The notes beneath the pieces are model-generated. The model made no database searches. It had not been told where the DNA came from and worked only from the letters and a program-made list of their open reading frames with translations. Position numbers and translations under genes: made by a program. From the NCBI GenBank assembly GCA_038870635.1, contig JAVZJR010000004.1:21025-85024 (forward strand): a stretch of 64,000 nt of DNA. The letters are read 5' to 3'. This stretch comes from Candidatus Bilamarchaeaceae archaeon. GTDB lineage: Archaea; Micrarchaeota; Micrarchaeia; Anstonellales; Bilamarchaeaceae. Shown here piece after piece: positions 46,330 through 54,918 of this stretch (positions are counted from its first letter, which is position 1; each line of letters opens with the position of its first letter).

Positions 46330-46350
46330 TGTTTCTGTTCAAATAAAAAA

Positions 46351-46507
46351 CTCGCCGCATCTATTGATGAGCGAGCGGTGATTGACGAACACCCCGCTAC
46401 ATTAGCGGAATTCGTCTTGAGCTCATAAATTGCTCCCTCACTCCTTTAATGGAGCAATTTATCCAAACGGCAAGGGCTTAAAGCAACGATGCGGTTAGGT
46501 GAATTTA
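46351..46507 (+). promoter_or_regulatory. Structured 5' leader (three-helix junction) of the rps17 operon, or an independent small RNA
   Basis: P1 46354-46361/46488-46495. Hairpin 46384-46389/46411-46416 plus 46394-46399/46403-46408. Perfect 12-bp stem 46425-46436/46451-46462, extended by 46419-46424/46474-46479. The SD AGGTGA starts 2 nt after P1. Confidence 0.45.
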
Positions 46508-46813
46508 ATGGCAGACATGTGCGATGATAAAAAATGCTTTCAACACGGCACGGTTCGTGTTAGAGGGGGCGTTCTACAGGGAATAGTTGTTAGTACTAAA
46601 GGAAAGCGAACTGCAATAATAGAGCAGCGAAGAGCTAAAAAAATACCTAAATATGAAAGATGGGCTAAAGTTCGTTCAAGAGTACCAGCTCATAACCCCC
46701 CATGCATAAATGCACAGGTTGGTGATATTGTTGAAATAGGAGAAACAAGGAGATTGAGTAAAACTAAGGCTTGGACCATAACTAAAATCTTAAAAAAAGG
46801 TGAGGCAAGATGA
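46508..46813 (+). CDS. rps17: Ribosomal protein S17 (uS17)
   Basis: C..KKC..HG...VRG....G.VVS...KRTA....R......KYERW.K..S...AHNPPCI.A..GD.V.IGE.R.LSKTK. Confidence 0.9.
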   Translation: MADMCDDKKCFQHGTVRVRGGVLQGIVVSTKGKRTAIIEQRRAKKIPKYERWAKVRSRVPAHNPPCINAQVGDIVEIGETRRLSKTKAWTITKILKKGEAR

Positions 46814-47208
46814 AAGGTTTATCAAGTAATGTTGTAAAAACATTAATTCCTGGTGCATTGTTGGTTTGTGCTGATAATAGCGGCGCAAAGATTATATCTA
46901 TAATAAATGTTTTGGGAAGAAGAGGAAAGCATGCGCGCTGCCCTGCAGCCGGAATTGGTGATATTGTAGTAGCGTCTGTTAAAAAAGGAAAGCCAGATAT
47001 GATAAAAAAAGTAGTAAAGGCCCTTGTAGTCAGACAAAAAAAAGAATACCGCAGGCCAAATGGTATGCGAATCTGCTTTGAAGATAATGCAGCTGTCTTG
47101 ATTAATGATTCTCTTCTCCCTGTTGGTACAGAAATAAAAGGTGTTGTCGCCAAAGAGATCGCCGAGCGCTATCCAAAAGTTGCAGCCGTAGCAGCAGGTG
47201 TTGTTTGA
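46810..47208 (+). CDS. rpl14: Ribosomal protein L14 (uL14)
   Basis: ADNSGAK...GD.VV.SVKKG.P.....V..A.VVRQ.KEYRR. Confidence 0.93.
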   Translation: MKGLSSNVVKTLIPGALLVCADNSGAKIISIINVLGRRGKHARCPAAGIGDIVVASVKKGKPDMIKKVVKALVVRQKKEYRRPNGMRICFEDNAAVLINDSLLPVGTEIKGVVAKEIAERYPKVAAVAAGVV

Positions 47209-47217
47209 GGTGGAAAC

Positions 47218-47673
47218 ATGAAACCAGACACTGAAAGAAAAAAATATGTATTCGCAAAAATTCATAAAAAGAAAAAAAATATGCATGTTCATCTTTCAAA
47301 AGAACTTAGAAAAAATATGAAAATAAAAAGAAGAGCGATTGGTATCAGAAAAGGTGATCGTGTTAAAATAATGCGTGGTAAATACAAAGGTAGTGAAGGT
47401 ACAGTTTCAAAGGTTAGTGTTGTAGATCGCGTTGTTTTTCTTGAAGGTTTTACTAGAAAAAATAGTCGTGGTAAGGAGATACCAATTAAATTTCAGCCAT
47501 CTAATCTTATGTTAATTAGTTTAACAGAGACAAAAGAACGTTCTAAGATTTTTGGTAGTGAAGCATTCCAGCAACCTAAACAAACCAAAAAAACAAAATA
47601 TGAAGAAAATGTTGAAAAGGCTTCTGCAGAGCCAAATTTAGAGGTAGTAAAAGAAGTTGAATCGAAAGGGTGA
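47218..47673 (+). CDS. rpl24: Ribosomal protein L24 (uL24) with a C-terminal extension
   Basis: LSKELR...R...IRKGD.V.IMRG.YKG.EG.V KOW motif. Confidence 0.9.
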   Translation: MKPDTERKKYVFAKIHKKKKNMHVHLSKELRKNMKIKRRAIGIRKGDRVKIMRGKYKGSEGTVSKVSVVDRVVFLEGFTRKNSRGKEIPIKFQPSNLMLISLTETKERSKIFGSEAFQQPKQTKKTKYEENVEKASAEPNLEVVKEVESKG

Positions 47674-47678
47674 AAAAT

Positions 47679-48392
47679 ATGGGAAAGAGAGGTGGAACTC
47701 ATCATATAAAAAGACTGGCTGCTCCAAAAGCCCTCTACTTATTAAATAAAAAGAAATACAAATGGGTTGTAAAACCAATGGCTGGCCCACATAATAAAGA
47801 GAGCAGCGTTCCTTTAGGTGTTCTTCTTCGTGATTTATTAAATATAACAAAAACCATGAGAGAGGTAAAAAAGATACTAAATAAGAGTTTTATTAAAGTT
47901 GATAACGTCATCAGAAAAAATGAAAAATTTCCAGTCGGTTTGCTGGATGTTGTTTCTCTTGTTCCAGCAAATAAACACTATCGCATTCTTGTTGATTCTA
48001 AAGGTCGTTTAAAACCCGTTGAGATAAACAAAGATACTAACTTAAAAGTTGCAAAAGTAATAAACAAAACTATTATTAAAAATGGAAAAATGCTTTTTAC
48101 TTTGCACGATGGCAAGAATATTCTTGGTGATAATCATATTTCTATAGGAGATAGTTTGGTTTTAGAGCTTCCATCTAATACAAAGGAAAAAATTAAGTTA
48201 GTGCAGCACTTGAAGTTAGAGCCAGGGACTCGTTGTTACATAAGTAAAGGAAAACATGCGGGAAAAATTGTTACTTTTAAAGAATTAATAAAAAGAGCAA
48301 GTGGTAAAGAGGAGGCTTTAGTTAGTGATGGAAAATCAGATTTTATCACTGTGTCTAATTATGTTGTGGCTGTTGGTGATTATCTATTCTGA
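47679..48392 (+). CDS. rps4e: Ribosomal protein S4e (eS4)
   Basis: MGKRGGTHHIKRLAAPK... Confidence 0.92.
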   Translation: MGKRGGTHHIKRLAAPKALYLLNKKKYKWVVKPMAGPHNKESSVPLGVLLRDLLNITKTMREVKKILNKSFIKVDNVIRKNEKFPVGLLDVVSLVPANKHYRILVDSKGRLKPVEINKDTNLKVAKVINKTIIKNGKMLFTLHDGKNILGDNHISIGDSLVLELPSNTKEKIKLVQHLKLEPGTRCYISKGKHAGKIVTFKELIKRASGKEEALVSDGKSDFITVSNYVVAVGDYLF

Positions 48393-48401
48393 GGTGAAGG
48401 T

Positions 48402-48911
48402 ATGATTAATCCAATGAGAGAAATACTTATAGAAAAAGTGACTGTCAATATAGGTGTTGGTTCTCCTGGTGAAAGACTAGATAACGCCAAAGAGCTTTTG
48501 AAAAGACTTACAGGAATGACTCCAGTTGAGACGCTGGCACGAAGACGTGAACCTGCTTTTAAAATAAGGCGAGGGATGCCAATCGGTATAAAAGTAACTT
48601 TAAGAGGTAAAAGTGCACAAGATTTTTTAGAAAAAGCATTATCCGCAAAGAAAAAAATATTAAGAGAAAAATCATTTAACGATGGTGGTAATTTTTCTTT
48701 CGGTATTGCAGAATATATCGATTTTCCTGGTGCAAAATACGACCCCGCTATAGGTATGTATGGTTTTGATGTTTGTGTTACATTGAAGAGAAGAGGCGCG
48801 CGTGTGGCTTATAGGAAACTGAAAAAATCGGTTATTGGGAAAAAACATCGCATAACAAAAGAAGAAGCAATAGATTTTGTTAAATCCAAATTTAATGTTA
48901 AAATTGAGTGA
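48402..48911 (+). CDS. rpl5: Ribosomal protein L5 (uL5)
   Basis: NPMREI.IEKV.VNIGVG..GE.L..A...L.. Confidence 0.92.
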   Translation: MINPMREILIEKVTVNIGVGSPGERLDNAKELLKRLTGMTPVETLARRREPAFKIRRGMPIGIKVTLRGKSAQDFLEKALSAKKKILREKSFNDGGNFSFGIAEYIDFPGAKYDPAIGMYGFDVCVTLKRRGARVAYRKLKKSVIGKKHRITKEEAIDFVKSKFNVKIE

Positions 48912-48916
48912 TTTTT

Positions 48917-49108
48917 ATGAATACTAAGAAAAAAGAAAAAGATAAGAGAGTTTATGGAAACATCGATAGATATAAAGGAAAAGATAGAAGAATCTGTAGA
49001 AATTGTGGAAATGCTAGGGGATTAATAAGAAAGTATAATCTTTACATTTGTAGACGTTGCTTCCGTGAAATAGGAGAGCAACTTGGTTTTAGAAAATATG
49101 GTGGTTAA
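48917..49108 (+). CDS. rps14: Ribosomal protein S14 (uS14), zinc-binding type
   Basis: CRNCGNARGLIRKYNLYICRRCFRE. Confidence 0.88.
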   Translation: MNTKKKEKDKRVYGNIDRYKGKDRRICRNCGNARGLIRKYNLYICRRCFREIGEQLGFRKYGG

Positions 49109-49109
49109 T

Positions 49110-49493
49110 ATGGTTGATTATCTAGCAGATGCTTTAAATACTATAAAAACACACGAATATGTAGGACAAAAGAGATGCACAATAAAAGCAAGTAAGTTGG
49201 TCGGTGAAGTGTTGCGTATACTAAAAGAGAGAAAATATCTTAAGGATTTTAAGTTTATTGATGATGGACGTGGCGGATTGTTTGAAGTAGAGTTGGATGG
49301 TAGAATAAATAATTGCGGCGTTATAAAACCTCGTTTTCCAGTAAAAAAGAATGAATGGGCGAAAACAGAAGAACGTTATATTCCTGGCGTTGGAATCGGT
49401 TTGCTAATAGTTACAACACCGTTCGGTATAATGACTAATGAAGATGCTGAAAATAGAAAAATTGGCGGAAGACTTTTAGCTTATGTTTATTGA
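49110..49493 (+). CDS. rps8: Ribosomal protein S8 (uS8)
   Basis: DYLADALNTIKT.E.....; ATG lies 2 nt after the S14 stop. Confidence 0.92.
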   Translation: MVDYLADALNTIKTHEYVGQKRCTIKASKLVGEVLRILKERKYLKDFKFIDDGRGGLFEVELDGRINNCGVIKPRFPVKKNEWAKTEERYIPGVGIGLLIVTTPFGIMTNEDAENRKIGGRLLAYVY

Positions 49494-49503
49494 GGTGAAG
49501 TAA

Positions 49504-50004
49504 ATGATAACTATCCCCAACGGCATTACATTTGAAATTAAAGATGACAAAATTACTGTAAAAGGTCCAAAAGGAAACGTAACAAAGAAATTTCCTAAAA
49601 CTTTAAAGGTTGAGAAAAACGGCAACTCTCTAAATATCATTAGTTTATCAAAAAAAGATGATGCCCTTGTAGGTACTTATGACTCTATTTTAAAATCAAT
49701 GATAGAAGGCGTCACAAATGGATATACAAAGAAGTTGAAGGCAATTTATGCTCATTTTCCTATTTCCTTCGAGGTAAAAGGTAGCAATATAATAATAAAA
49801 AATTTTTTAGGTGAAAAAAACCCTCGCTTATCTAAAATAGTAGGTGATGGTACTAAAGTTGAGGTTAAAGGGGCACAATTGACAATTAGCGGTCCCGATA
49901 AAGAAGCAATTGGACAAACTATCGCTAACTTAAAAGCTGCACTTAAGATAAGAGAAAAAGACCCCCGTGTTTTTCAAGATGGTGTTTACGAGCTTGTTGA
50001 GTGA
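49504..50004 (+). CDS. rpl6: Ribosomal protein L6 (uL6)
   Basis: Position in the cluster, plus a two-domain repeat pattern (V.V.G.KG...). Confidence 0.9.
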   Translation: MITIPNGITFEIKDDKITVKGPKGNVTKKFPKTLKVEKNGNSLNIISLSKKDDALVGTYDSILKSMIEGVTNGYTKKLKAIYAHFPISFEVKGSNIIIKNFLGEKNPRLSKIVGDGTKVEVKGAQLTISGPDKEAIGQTIANLKAALKIREKDPRVFQDGVYELVE

Positions 50005-50018
50005 TTAAGGTGAAAAAA

Positions 50019-50441
50019 ATGGTCGAAAAAAATAAAGATAAAAAAAATGCCTTAAAAAGACCAAAGAAAAAGAAAAAACCAACTTTTAACGTTCTCAATT
50101 ATGGTTTTTTTAAAGCAGTAAAAGATAGGTGGAGGAAACCGCGAGGTACTGCAAATAAAAAAAGAAGAAAAAAGAAATGGGCTGGCGCCTTACCTAAGAT
50201 TGGCTACAAAAACCCGGCTAGTGTTGCTGGTCTAAGAGAAGATGGTCGCAAAGAGATTCTTATTCGTGGCTTGCCAGATTTAGAAATAATAAAAAATTCT
50301 ACTCCTGAAGAACGAAGCAGAATATGCTTAAAGTTTTCTTCTTCTTTAAGCAAAAGAACAAGAGCAAAAATGGCAGAAATGATTAAGGAATATGGAATAG
50401 AAATTGTTAATTTTAAAAAAGATGATTCTAAAGGTGGATAA
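50019..50441 (+). CDS. rpl32e: Ribosomal protein L32e (eL32)
   Basis: W.KPRG..NK.R......P.IGY..P.. Confidence 0.88.
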   Translation: MVEKNKDKKNALKRPKKKKKPTFNVLNYGFFKAVKDRWRKPRGTANKKRRKKKWAGALPKIGYKNPASVAGLREDGRKEILIRGLPDLEIIKNSTPEERSRICLKFSSSLSKRTRAKMAEMIKEYGIEIVNFKKDDSKGG

Positions 50442-50443
50442 TT

Positions 50444-50893
50444 ATGACATTTGATACTGTGCGAAGAATCGCGGCAGATATTCTTTCTGTAGGTAAAAAA
50501 AGAATAAGATTCGCCACTGACAAACTTAGTGAGATAAAAAATGCAATGACAAGAGAAGACGTACGTAATCTCATAAATAAAAAGGCAATTACTATATTGC
50601 CAAAAAAAGGAAGGAGAAAAAAGAAAAAAAGAAAAAAGAGGGGAGAAGGTAGTATCAAAGGAAGTAAGTCTGGTAAAGAAAGAAAAAAAGAATGGATGGC
50701 ACGTGTAAGAAGCCAAAGAAAATTGCTATCCTACTTAGTAGAAAATAATATTTTGAAAAAAGAGCATAAAAGGAATATTTATTTAAAGATAAAAGGAAAT
50801 TCTTTCAGAAGCAAAAGAGCTCTTCTGACTTATCTGAAAGATAACAATTTAATACCAAAAGATTTTGAGTTAAAAAAAGGTGATAAAAAATGA
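50444..50893 (+). CDS. rpl19e: Ribosomal protein L19e (eL19)
   Basis: RIAADILSVGK.RI.F; basic KKGRRKKKKRKKRGEGS tract. Confidence 0.9.
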   Translation: MTFDTVRRIAADILSVGKKRIRFATDKLSEIKNAMTREDVRNLINKKAITILPKKGRRKKKKRKKRGEGSIKGSKSGKERKKEWMARVRSQRKLLSYLVENNILKKEHKRNIYLKIKGNSFRSKRALLTYLKDNNLIPKDFELKKGDKK

Positions 50894-51384
50894 CAAGAGC
50901 AAGAGGTCCAAAGTTTGATGTTCCTTTTAGAAGAAGAAGGGAAAAGAAAACAGATTATAGGAAAAGGGCAGCGCTTCTAAAAAGCAATCTTCCAAGAATG
51001 GTTGTAAGAAAAACAAATCGACAAGTTATTGTACAGTTTTTTGAGTTTTCTCCAAGAGGTGATAATTGTTTAGTTTCGGTAGATGCAGTCCGTTTAAAGA
51101 AAATTAGCGGCTGGGAAATGAAGTGTAATTCTTGGAGTGCTTATTTGGCAGGGTTGCTAGCCGGAAAAGAAGCATTAAAAAAAGGAATAAAGGATTTTGT
51201 TTTAGATATTGGAAGACAAACTCCTACAAAAGGTTCCATTGTTTTTGCAGCACTTAAGGGTGCAGTGGATGCAGGTCTACAAACAAAATTTAGCGAAGAA
51301 GTTATCCCATTAGATAAGCTTGAAAATATCCCGGAAAAAATAAAAGGTATGTTTGAGGAGGCAAAAAATAAGATTGCTGCTTAG
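50890..51384 (+). CDS. rpl18: Ribosomal protein L18 (uL18/L5e)
   Basis: PFRRRREKKTDYR.R..LL.S..PR.VVRKTN... Confidence 0.9.
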   Translation: MTRARGPKFDVPFRRRREKKTDYRKRAALLKSNLPRMVVRKTNRQVIVQFFEFSPRGDNCLVSVDAVRLKKISGWEMKCNSWSAYLAGLLAGKEALKKGIKDFVLDIGRQTPTKGSIVFAALKGAVDAGLQTKFSEEVIPLDKLENIPEKIKGMFEEAKNKIAA

Positions 51385-51396
51385 TTTTAATTTTTC

Positions 51397-52035
51397 ATGG
51401 TGATTGTAATGGTGGAAAAAGTAAAAACAATAGATAAAGAAAGCTGGGAACCAAAAACACGAATAGGAAAAATGGTAAAGGCAGGAGAGATAACAACATT
51501 TGAAGAAATTCTTAATATGGGTAAACCAATTCTGGAACCAGAAATAATAGATGTTCTTATGCCTGATCTTCAAGCTGAAACATTAGAAGTAAGAAGTACA
51601 CAGCGTGTAACTGATTCAGGTAAAAGAACAAAGTTTCGCGTTACTGTTGTTATTGGAGATGGTAAAGGGCATGTTGGCGTTGGTGTTGGTAAAAGCGAAG
51701 AACTTAAACCAGCAATGGATTATGCAATTCGGGATGCAAAGAAAAAAATGATATCGGTACAAACTGGCTGTGGTTCATGGGAATGTCGTTGTGATCAACC
51801 CCATTCTATCCCACAAGCAATAAAAGGTAAGGAAGGAAGCACTGTTGTATATCTTAAGCCTGCCCCAAGAGGTTTGGGTTTGGCAACTAACTCTGTAGTT
51901 AAAAAAGTTCTTTCTATTGCGGGCGTTAGAGATGTTTGGGGCAGAACTTTTGGCGGTTCAAATACTTATAATATGGCTTTAGCTACAATAAAAGCGCTTG
52001 ATGCGCTAAATAAGCTTAAGCCATCAGCAGAGTGA
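51397..52035 (+). CDS. rps5: Ribosomal protein S5 (uS5)
   Basis: W.PKT.IG..V..G.I......V..V.R.T..G.R..F...VV.GD..G.VG.G.GK. Confidence 0.92.
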   Translation: MVIVMVEKVKTIDKESWEPKTRIGKMVKAGEITTFEEILNMGKPILEPEIIDVLMPDLQAETLEVRSTQRVTDSGKRTKFRVTVVIGDGKGHVGVGVGKSEELKPAMDYAIRDAKKKMISVQTGCGSWECRCDQPHSIPQAIKGKEGSTVVYLKPAPRGLGLATNSVVKKVLSIAGVRDVWGRTFGGSNTYNMALATIKALDALNKLKPSAE

Positions 52036-52041
52036 TGAAAT

Positions 52042-52473
52042 ATGTTTGCAGTTATAAGAGTTAGAGGCATAAGGAAAATAAAACCCCGTATAAAAAAGAC
52101 ACTTGAACTATTGCGATTGCATAAACCAAACCATTGTGTTATTGTGCGAGATTCTCCAACTGTGAAAGGGATGTTGAATGTTGCAAAAGATTATATTGCT
52201 TATGGAGTTATTGACGATAAAATGATTGCCAAATTACTTTATAAAAGAGGCAAAATTGGTTCTATTTTCTTGCGCGATAAGATAGATAAAAAAACAATAG
52301 AAGAAATAGCAAAGGAGATTTTTGAAGGCAAAAAGAAGGTTTCAGAAGTAGTTGATCCAGTATTCTGTCTTCATCCTCCACGCAAAGGCTATAAGAATAT
52401 AAAACTTCATTATCCGCGAGGAGATTTAGGAAGGCACGATGATATCAGTAAACTTTTAAATAGGATGTTATGA
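52042..52473 (+). CDS. rpl30: Ribosomal protein L30 (uL30)
   Basis: FAVIRVRG......I..TL.LLRL.... Confidence 0.9.
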   Translation: MFAVIRVRGIRKIKPRIKKTLELLRLHKPNHCVIVRDSPTVKGMLNVAKDYIAYGVIDDKMIAKLLYKRGKIGSIFLRDKIDKKTIEEIAKEIFEGKKKVSEVVDPVFCLHPPRKGYKNIKLHYPRGDLGRHDDISKLLNRML

Positions 52474-52484
52474 GGTGAATATTT

Positions 52485-52907
52485 ATGCCAAAAAGAAAAG
52501 AAAGAAAGAAGAGAAAATATCTTGGAACAAGGCATTGTGGGAGAGGTAATAAAAAGAAAGGAAGAGGTAGTGGAACTAAAGGCGGAACAGGAATGGCTGG
52601 AAGTGGAAAACATAAATTCACTTATATAACTGCCCATGCTCCAGATTATTTTGGGAAACGTGGTTTCGTTAGACATGGAGTAAAAAGCGATTACAATACC
52701 ATCAATTTGTATGAGTTAGATGATTTAGCTAAAAAAGATCAACTCGAAAAAAAAGATGGAATATACTATTTCGAGTTTAAAGGGAAAGTGTTAGGTACCG
52801 GAGAAATAAAAATTCCAATTATTGTGAAAGCAAATGCATGGAGCAAAAAAGCAGAAAATAAGATAAAGGCCGCCGGTGGAAACATCTCTAAGTTTTCAAA
52901 TGAGTGA
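52485..52907 (+). CDS. rpl15: Ribosomal protein L15 (uL15)
   Basis: RGSGT.G.G...G.GHK. Follows L30. Confidence 0.9.
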   Translation: MPKRKERKKRKYLGTRHCGRGNKKKGRGSGTKGGTGMAGSGKHKFTYITAHAPDYFGKRGFVRHGVKSDYNTINLYELDDLAKKDQLEKKDGIYYFEFKGKVLGTGEIKIPIIVKANAWSKKAENKIKAAGGNISKFSNE

Positions 52908-52913
52908 TGCTCT

Positions 52914-54359
52914 ATGGTAAATTTTTTTGACATAACAACAGCCATAACATCACACTTACCGGAAATAAAATCCCCTCCTGTTGCACCACCCGCCAAGGAG
53001 CGATTAATGTGGACTGGTATTGCATTAGTCCTCTATTTTATGATGTATTTTACAATTTGTTTTGGCGTTCAGCACGATCCTGCTTCTGCTTCTATTGATT
53101 TTCTTCAAACAATAACTGCTTCAAAGATCGGCGGATTGCTAACCGCTGGCATTGGCCCAATAGTTTTTGCTTCCATTTTTTTACAATTATTTAACGGCGC
53201 AGGTCTTTTGAATATTGACATAAAATCTAGAGAAGGAAGAAAGAAATTTCTTGAAGCCCAAAAAGTTTTGGCTATTATTCTTGCTTTTGTAGAGGGGGCG
53301 TTATTTGTTTTTGGAGGAAGGCTAGTGCTTATTTCTATACCTGGTATTGAACCTTTTTACTTGGGTCTTTTGGTGGTTTTTCAGATAGCGCTTGGTTCTA
53401 TAATTGTAATCTATCTTGATGAAATATTAACGAAGTATGGTATAGGAAGCGCCGTAAGTCTTTTTATAGCCGCTGGTGTTTCGTATGCAATATTGTCTGG
53501 TTTAGTGGGTCTTGTGTTCGGTCAAAATGGTGTGCTTGAAACGGTGGCCGAAGGTGGTGCAGAAGCCATCCCAAATTCCATTCTTGTTCTTTTACCTTTC
53601 TTGTTTACTATTTTAGTTTTTCTTGTTTGTGTTTATGCTGAAGAGATAAAAGTAGAAATACCTATTGCTTTTGAGCGTATAAGGGGACTTGTGCCTAAAC
53701 TACCATTGAAGTTTTTTTACGTTTCTAACATTCCTGTTATATTCGCTAGTGCACTTCTTCTTAACATTCAAATTTTTGGTGGTGCTCTTGCTAATGCTAG
53801 TCTTGTAATTCCCGGTACAGATATAGATATAGTAAAAATAATAGCATATGTTTCGCCTTCTACTCATACTATACAAGATGGTATATTATATTACATAACG
53901 CCAATTTACTATGGTGGAAAAGACACTATGGCGCATTTCAATTATTTGCTAAACGGAGTATCTCCTGTATATGGTATACCTGAATGGGTGCATGCAATAA
54001 CTTATTTATTATTCTTAACTTCTTTTTCGGTTATGTTTGGTCTCTTTTGGGTAGATATCGCAGGGATGGATGCTAAGAGTGTAGCCAACCAATTGTCAAG
54101 TTCTGGCCTGCAAATTCCTGGTTTTAGAAGAGACCCAAGAATGCTTGAAAGCATTTTGCAAAAATATGTCTATCCGCTCACTGTTGTGGGTTCTTTTTCA
54201 GTTGGTCTTCTTGCAGGGTTAGCTGATCTCACTGGCGCACTTGGTACTGGTACAGGAATTTTACTTACCGTTGGTATATTGTACAGAATGTATGAACAGA
54301 TGGAACAGATGAAGATGTTTGAGCTCTATTCTATGTTAGGGCAGGTAGTTGGTAAATAG
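52914..54359 (+). CDS. secY: Preprotein translocase SecY
   Basis: 10 TM helices. Conserved position after L15. Shows GIGPIV.ASI.LQL. Confidence 0.93.
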   Translation: MVNFFDITTAITSHLPEIKSPPVAPPAKERLMWTGIALVLYFMMYFTICFGVQHDPASASIDFLQTITASKIGGLLTAGIGPIVFASIFLQLFNGAGLLNIDIKSREGRKKFLEAQKVLAIILAFVEGALFVFGGRLVLISIPGIEPFYLGLLVVFQIALGSIIVIYLDEILTKYGIGSAVSLFIAAGVSYAILSGLVGLVFGQNGVLETVAEGGAEAIPNSILVLLPFLFTILVFLVCVYAEEIKVEIPIAFERIRGLVPKLPLKFFYVSNIPVIFASALLLNIQIFGGALANASLVIPGTDIDIVKIIAYVSPSTHTIQDGILYYITPIYYGGKDTMAHFNYLLNGVSPVYGIPEWVHAITYLLFLTSFSVMFGLFWVDIAGMDAKSVANQLSSSGLQIPGFRRDPRMLESILQKYVYPLTVVGSFSVGLLAGLADLTGALGTGTGILLTVGILYRMYEQMEQMKMFELYSMLGQVVGK

Positions 54360-54369
54360 GTGGTTGTTT

Positions 54370-54906
54370 ATGATAATTGTTATGGGTTTGCCCGGGGCTG
54401 GTAAAACGACGGTTTTGCAAGGGCTACACGGAGACTACAAAATATTGAATTATGGCGACCTTATGCTTGAAATAGAAAAAGAAAAATTCGGTGTTAAGGA
54501 CCGGGATGAAATGCGAAAACTTCCTATAGAAAAGCAAAAAGAAGCACAAATGCTCGTTGCAGAAAAATTATCAAAAATGAACGAAAAAATAATATTAGAT
54601 ACGCACTGTTCAATAAATACTCCGAGTGGCTACTATCCTGGTTTACCATTTGATTTTCTGAAAAAACTGAAAGTTGAAAAACTAATCTATATTACGGCAC
54701 CAGCGGATCAGATATATGTTAGAAGAAATTCTGATCCTACTAGAAAAAGAGATGCGCAAACACTTGAAGAGATTTTAGAACACGATAACATAAACAAAAG
54801 TTATTTAGCGGCATACTCTGCCTTTACTGGTGCACCTGCTGCAATTCTTATAAATGCTCAAGGAAAGTTAGAAGAGACGCGGGCAAAGCTGAATTCTTTG
54901 CTTTAG
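54370..54906 (+). CDS. adkA: Adenylate kinase, archaeal type
   Basis: P-loop GLPGAGKTT. About 180 aa. Follows secY. Confidence 0.85.
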   Translation: MIIVMGLPGAGKTTVLQGLHGDYKILNYGDLMLEIEKEKFGVKDRDEMRKLPIEKQKEAQMLVAEKLSKMNEKIILDTHCSINTPSGYYPGLPFDFLKKLKVEKLIYITAPADQIYVRRNSDPTRKRDAQTLEEILEHDNINKSYLAAYSAFTGAPAAILINAQGKLEETRAKLNSLL

Positions 54907-54918
54907 AGGGATTTCTTA

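Noticed and set aside
46351-46496. The structured element as a tRNA (intron-containing, split or permuted), 5S rRNA, SRP RNA, RNase P RNA or a box C/D sRNA
   Set aside because: On either strand I could not build a T arm or anticodon arm. No 5S, SRP or RNase P conserved blocks such as GAGGAAAGUCC are present. A UGAUGA word is present, but no properly spaced CUGA D box. I keep it as an unclassified leader or sRNA.
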